Below are positions 60,909 to 64,000 of a stretch of 64,000 nt of DNA, one piece after another. The position numbers and the translations under genes were made by a program. The notes under the pieces were generated by a model. The model was not told the origin of the DNA, searched no databases, and worked only from the letters and a program-made list of their open reading frames with translations. Each line of letters starts with the position of its first letter. Positions within the stretch are counted from its first letter, which is position 1. Source of the DNA: a virus (Duplodnaviria > Heunggongvirae > Uroviricota > Caudoviricetes); the IMG/VR virus record IMGVR_UViG_3300029850_000274, positions 12,794 to 76,793 of that record; one strand, 5' to 3'.

Positions 60909-63900
60909 ATTGGTATTTTAACATACTTTCTGCACCTTGTCAACGGGTGCAATGAGGGAAGTTGGTTGTATTTTTATTTGAGTAGAATGTAATTTTCTTT
61001 ATACTGGATTCTTTACATTTAGAAGAGCTTTTTGTGGTGAATTTCAATTCTATAGGTAAATTGGTATTGTTGGTAGGGGAGAGGTGTAAAATTGATTTAT
61101 GATCTCTCAGGTGCATTTTTTCATAGGAAATATCCTTGTACTTTTTCATGTACAATATATACTGGTGCCGACAATGATCTTTTCAATGTAAAGTGTACCC
61201 CTTATGTGATATTAGTGCGAGAGCCAGGTTATGTATGAAATTACTTAGGGTACTTTTGCAATGTTTAGACGAGAAATCGGATGCTAATTTCCATTTTATA
61301 TGTTCTGGCGATAACTTGTTAGGGTAAGATAGTAGAATTGAAATTTGCTCTCTCAGAGTACATTTTTTAATGGTATAATGAAGAGATATTTTTACCGTGG
61401 ATCTAAGATGGGTTGTGGCAAATGTCTGACTAGGGAATCTGCTGCATAATGGTTGGTGTTGATTATATGTGATTCTCAATGTTTAGAAGAGTATATCCGT
61501 CAAATATGGATTTTGTGGTATGTTATGGAGAGTTGTTAAGGTAGACAGGTAAAATGGATTTATGATTTGTAGAGTGCGATTTTTTATAGGACTGTATGAA
61601 AGATAATTTTTGCATAAAAATAATCCCTGCTTGCAAGGTTAAGTATCTGATTGATAGATTGCTTGTGTTCACTATCTGTCACAAATCTGGTTGATAGTTC
61701 AAGGGATTCCATCTTATAAAATGTTTTGCCTTGCGAGGGATTGTTTTTATTGATACATGGAATACATTGAATGTCTTATTCAATGCCATATACACGATTA
61801 TATCATATAAGATACTTTGTTGCAATGAGAGATTGTTAATTGTAAAAAATATGCCCAGAGAAATTTCCCCTGAGTATAAATTCTGATAATGCATTTGCCG
61901 ATACATTATCTGGGGGTGTCAACTTGAACCCATTAATATCTTTTGTTGTGTCTGTTTTGGCATAGATGTCGAGGGTTGCCTAATCTCTCAATGGAAGTAT
62001 AACATAATCTGCTAAGAAATGGAAGCGTGTAAGTGATATTACCTGCGGTAGCAATGTCGAGAAGGAACGCTGACGCTTATCCTGTCTCTCCTAAACTGCG
62101 CAATAAATTGCTTGTTTACTTGGGATAAGAGAGAAGAGGTAATTGTTGTTTTCTTTAGTGTTTGTAAGTGGTTTCTTGTAATTTATATATTTTTGTGCAT
62201 GTCTTTGTTGAGAACCTTCGATATAGGGTGTCACCAATTTCGTAGGCAAAATGGCTAAAGGTGTAGTGATTATAAAGATAGAGTGACGATGATTTTGTGC
62301 GATTGATTGTGGAGATAAAATCAGTTTTAGACATGATTGATCGAATTTATGCATTTTTCTGGGAGTAATTTTGTGCAAAGGTTGAGAGGTAATTTGTGTA
62401 GGAATTTACTTGTATTTGTGAGGGTGCTGATGGTCAAAATCGTGTTTCGAGAAATGTTAAAAATCGTGTTTCGGGAAATTGTGCGAAAGTTGTGAAATTT
62501 GGGCGTGAAAAATATAAGGAATTGCTTAGGCTTTTGATGGTAAAACTTGCATGAAATGGCGCAAAACAAAAACGTGTCGTCGAGAGAATTGGGGAAAATA
62601 AAGGGGAAACTGGGGCTGATTTTTTGAAAAAGTGCGATTTTTGAAAGAAGGGGTTCTGAGAGCGTTGAAAAAAGAGTAGTAAAATAAACAATTCGCTCGA
62701 CGACGCCTCCGAAGACATGTTTTCGATTAGCAGAAAGTGTTTATCTAGGAAAGTGTAGGAAATTGCTTAGGAAAGTGGGGATTTTGTGACAGTGGGTCGA
62801 AAAATTTTTGTTGACACGGTGATTGAACACGTATGTCTAAAATGACAGTTATTTCCAATTTTTGAAATGTAAACCAACCCCCGTTATGCTGGTTTGAGAT
62901 CTTTTGCAACCATATTTTTACATGGTTAAAAATGTAAAAATCTATTTGAAATACTATATTTTTATCAAATAGATTTTGTAAATGATTGTAAATAATTTGT
63001 AGGTAGATCAGGATCAGGAGTGCAGATAATTTCCAACTATTTCCACATAGTATAGGATACTACGTGATATGTTGCTGGATACCGCAACTATAGTTGTTCG
63101 GCATAATGCACAAACTGTACAATATATTGTACGTGTCGTTATAGTCCGATATCGCACTTCTAGTAAACGACCGTTCACCAACAAGTGTTGTTTATCATAC
63201 ACTTGTCTATTATCCAACACTTTTACATAATGTGTTGGATAGTCTATCCACGCCATCAATACAAAATAAAACTTCACGCCACACCACACCAGCAAAACGA
63301 TATTTTCTTTATCACTCAATACAAACCACCACAACCCACCTATAACTTCACTCTATACCAAACCATCCACCCATAACTTTTGCCTATACCACTTGACAGC
63401 ACAACCAAACCATGCTACACTACTAACCAAACAAGTGTTCGATGTTTGGCAGACTTCCAGCACTTGCAACAAATACACAAATTAAAATATAAACTAAACA
63501 AATTAATATATAGCAATCATACAAGATCAAGCTATCATATATAAACATAACATGATAGTATATCTCATACTACCACATTAAACTAGATCCAAACTACTAT
63601 AACTATACAAGTGCATATAATAGTATAACATACAACTAAACACGACATACACCTATGACATAACATATAGGTATACTACATATACATAACATTATATAAG
63701 AGTACACCTACGGCATACGCAAGCAATACACACAATACTATAATACATATACTAATACACTATATCAATAATGACGTACTGTATGAGTTCTTTCTATATA
63801 ATACACGTTATACTTGCATACTCACGTTATAACACGTTTAAACGGCTGTAAATACGTTATAGAGTGCATAGGCAAAGTACAAGTGATATAAGATAGTTTA

Positions 63901-64000
63901 ATTGTCTTTGCTATCTGCACTGGTATTATTTGATACTATGTTAATATCTAAGGATAAATTACAAGCGTCAAGATATTTAAAAAGAGTATCTAATTTAATA

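Noticed and set aside
60940..63376. Short ORFs in the terminal tract
   Set aside because: Biased composition, no RBS, no recognisable motifs

Overview
The window is one arm of a large, low-GC, SPbeta-like tailed phage or prophage; a Clostridia-type Firmicute host is inferred. Almost everything is on the minus strand. From right to left it holds a ~3 kb non-coding tract, a YonO-like single-subunit RNA polymerase, an RNA island (7 normal tRNAs, 2 tRNA-like RNAs with oversized anticodon loops, a ROOL-like large RNA and other structured RNAs), beta-CASP, ClpP, HU and phosphoesterase genes, terminase-portal-protease-capsid, neck and tail genes, a tyrosine recombinase hit by a TnpB-only IS200/IS605 element, a separate tRNA-Trp, the tape measure gene, Dit, tail hub and tail fibres. 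Main result: the four apparent tape-measure fragments are exons of one ~3643-aa gene interrupted by three group I introns, and all three junctions restore the frame exactly. Intron 1 carries a homing endonuclease and intron 2 has no ORF. Intron 3 (18299-21900, 3.6 kb) carries, between its catalytic core and its 3' splice site, four non-endonuclease genes on both strands and three candidate small RNAs with their own promoters. It appears to be a self-splicing intron used as a cargo site inside an essential virion gene. Several genes also appear to use ATA/ATC/ATT start codons. Product calls come from motif recognition and synteny by eye; no database search was run.
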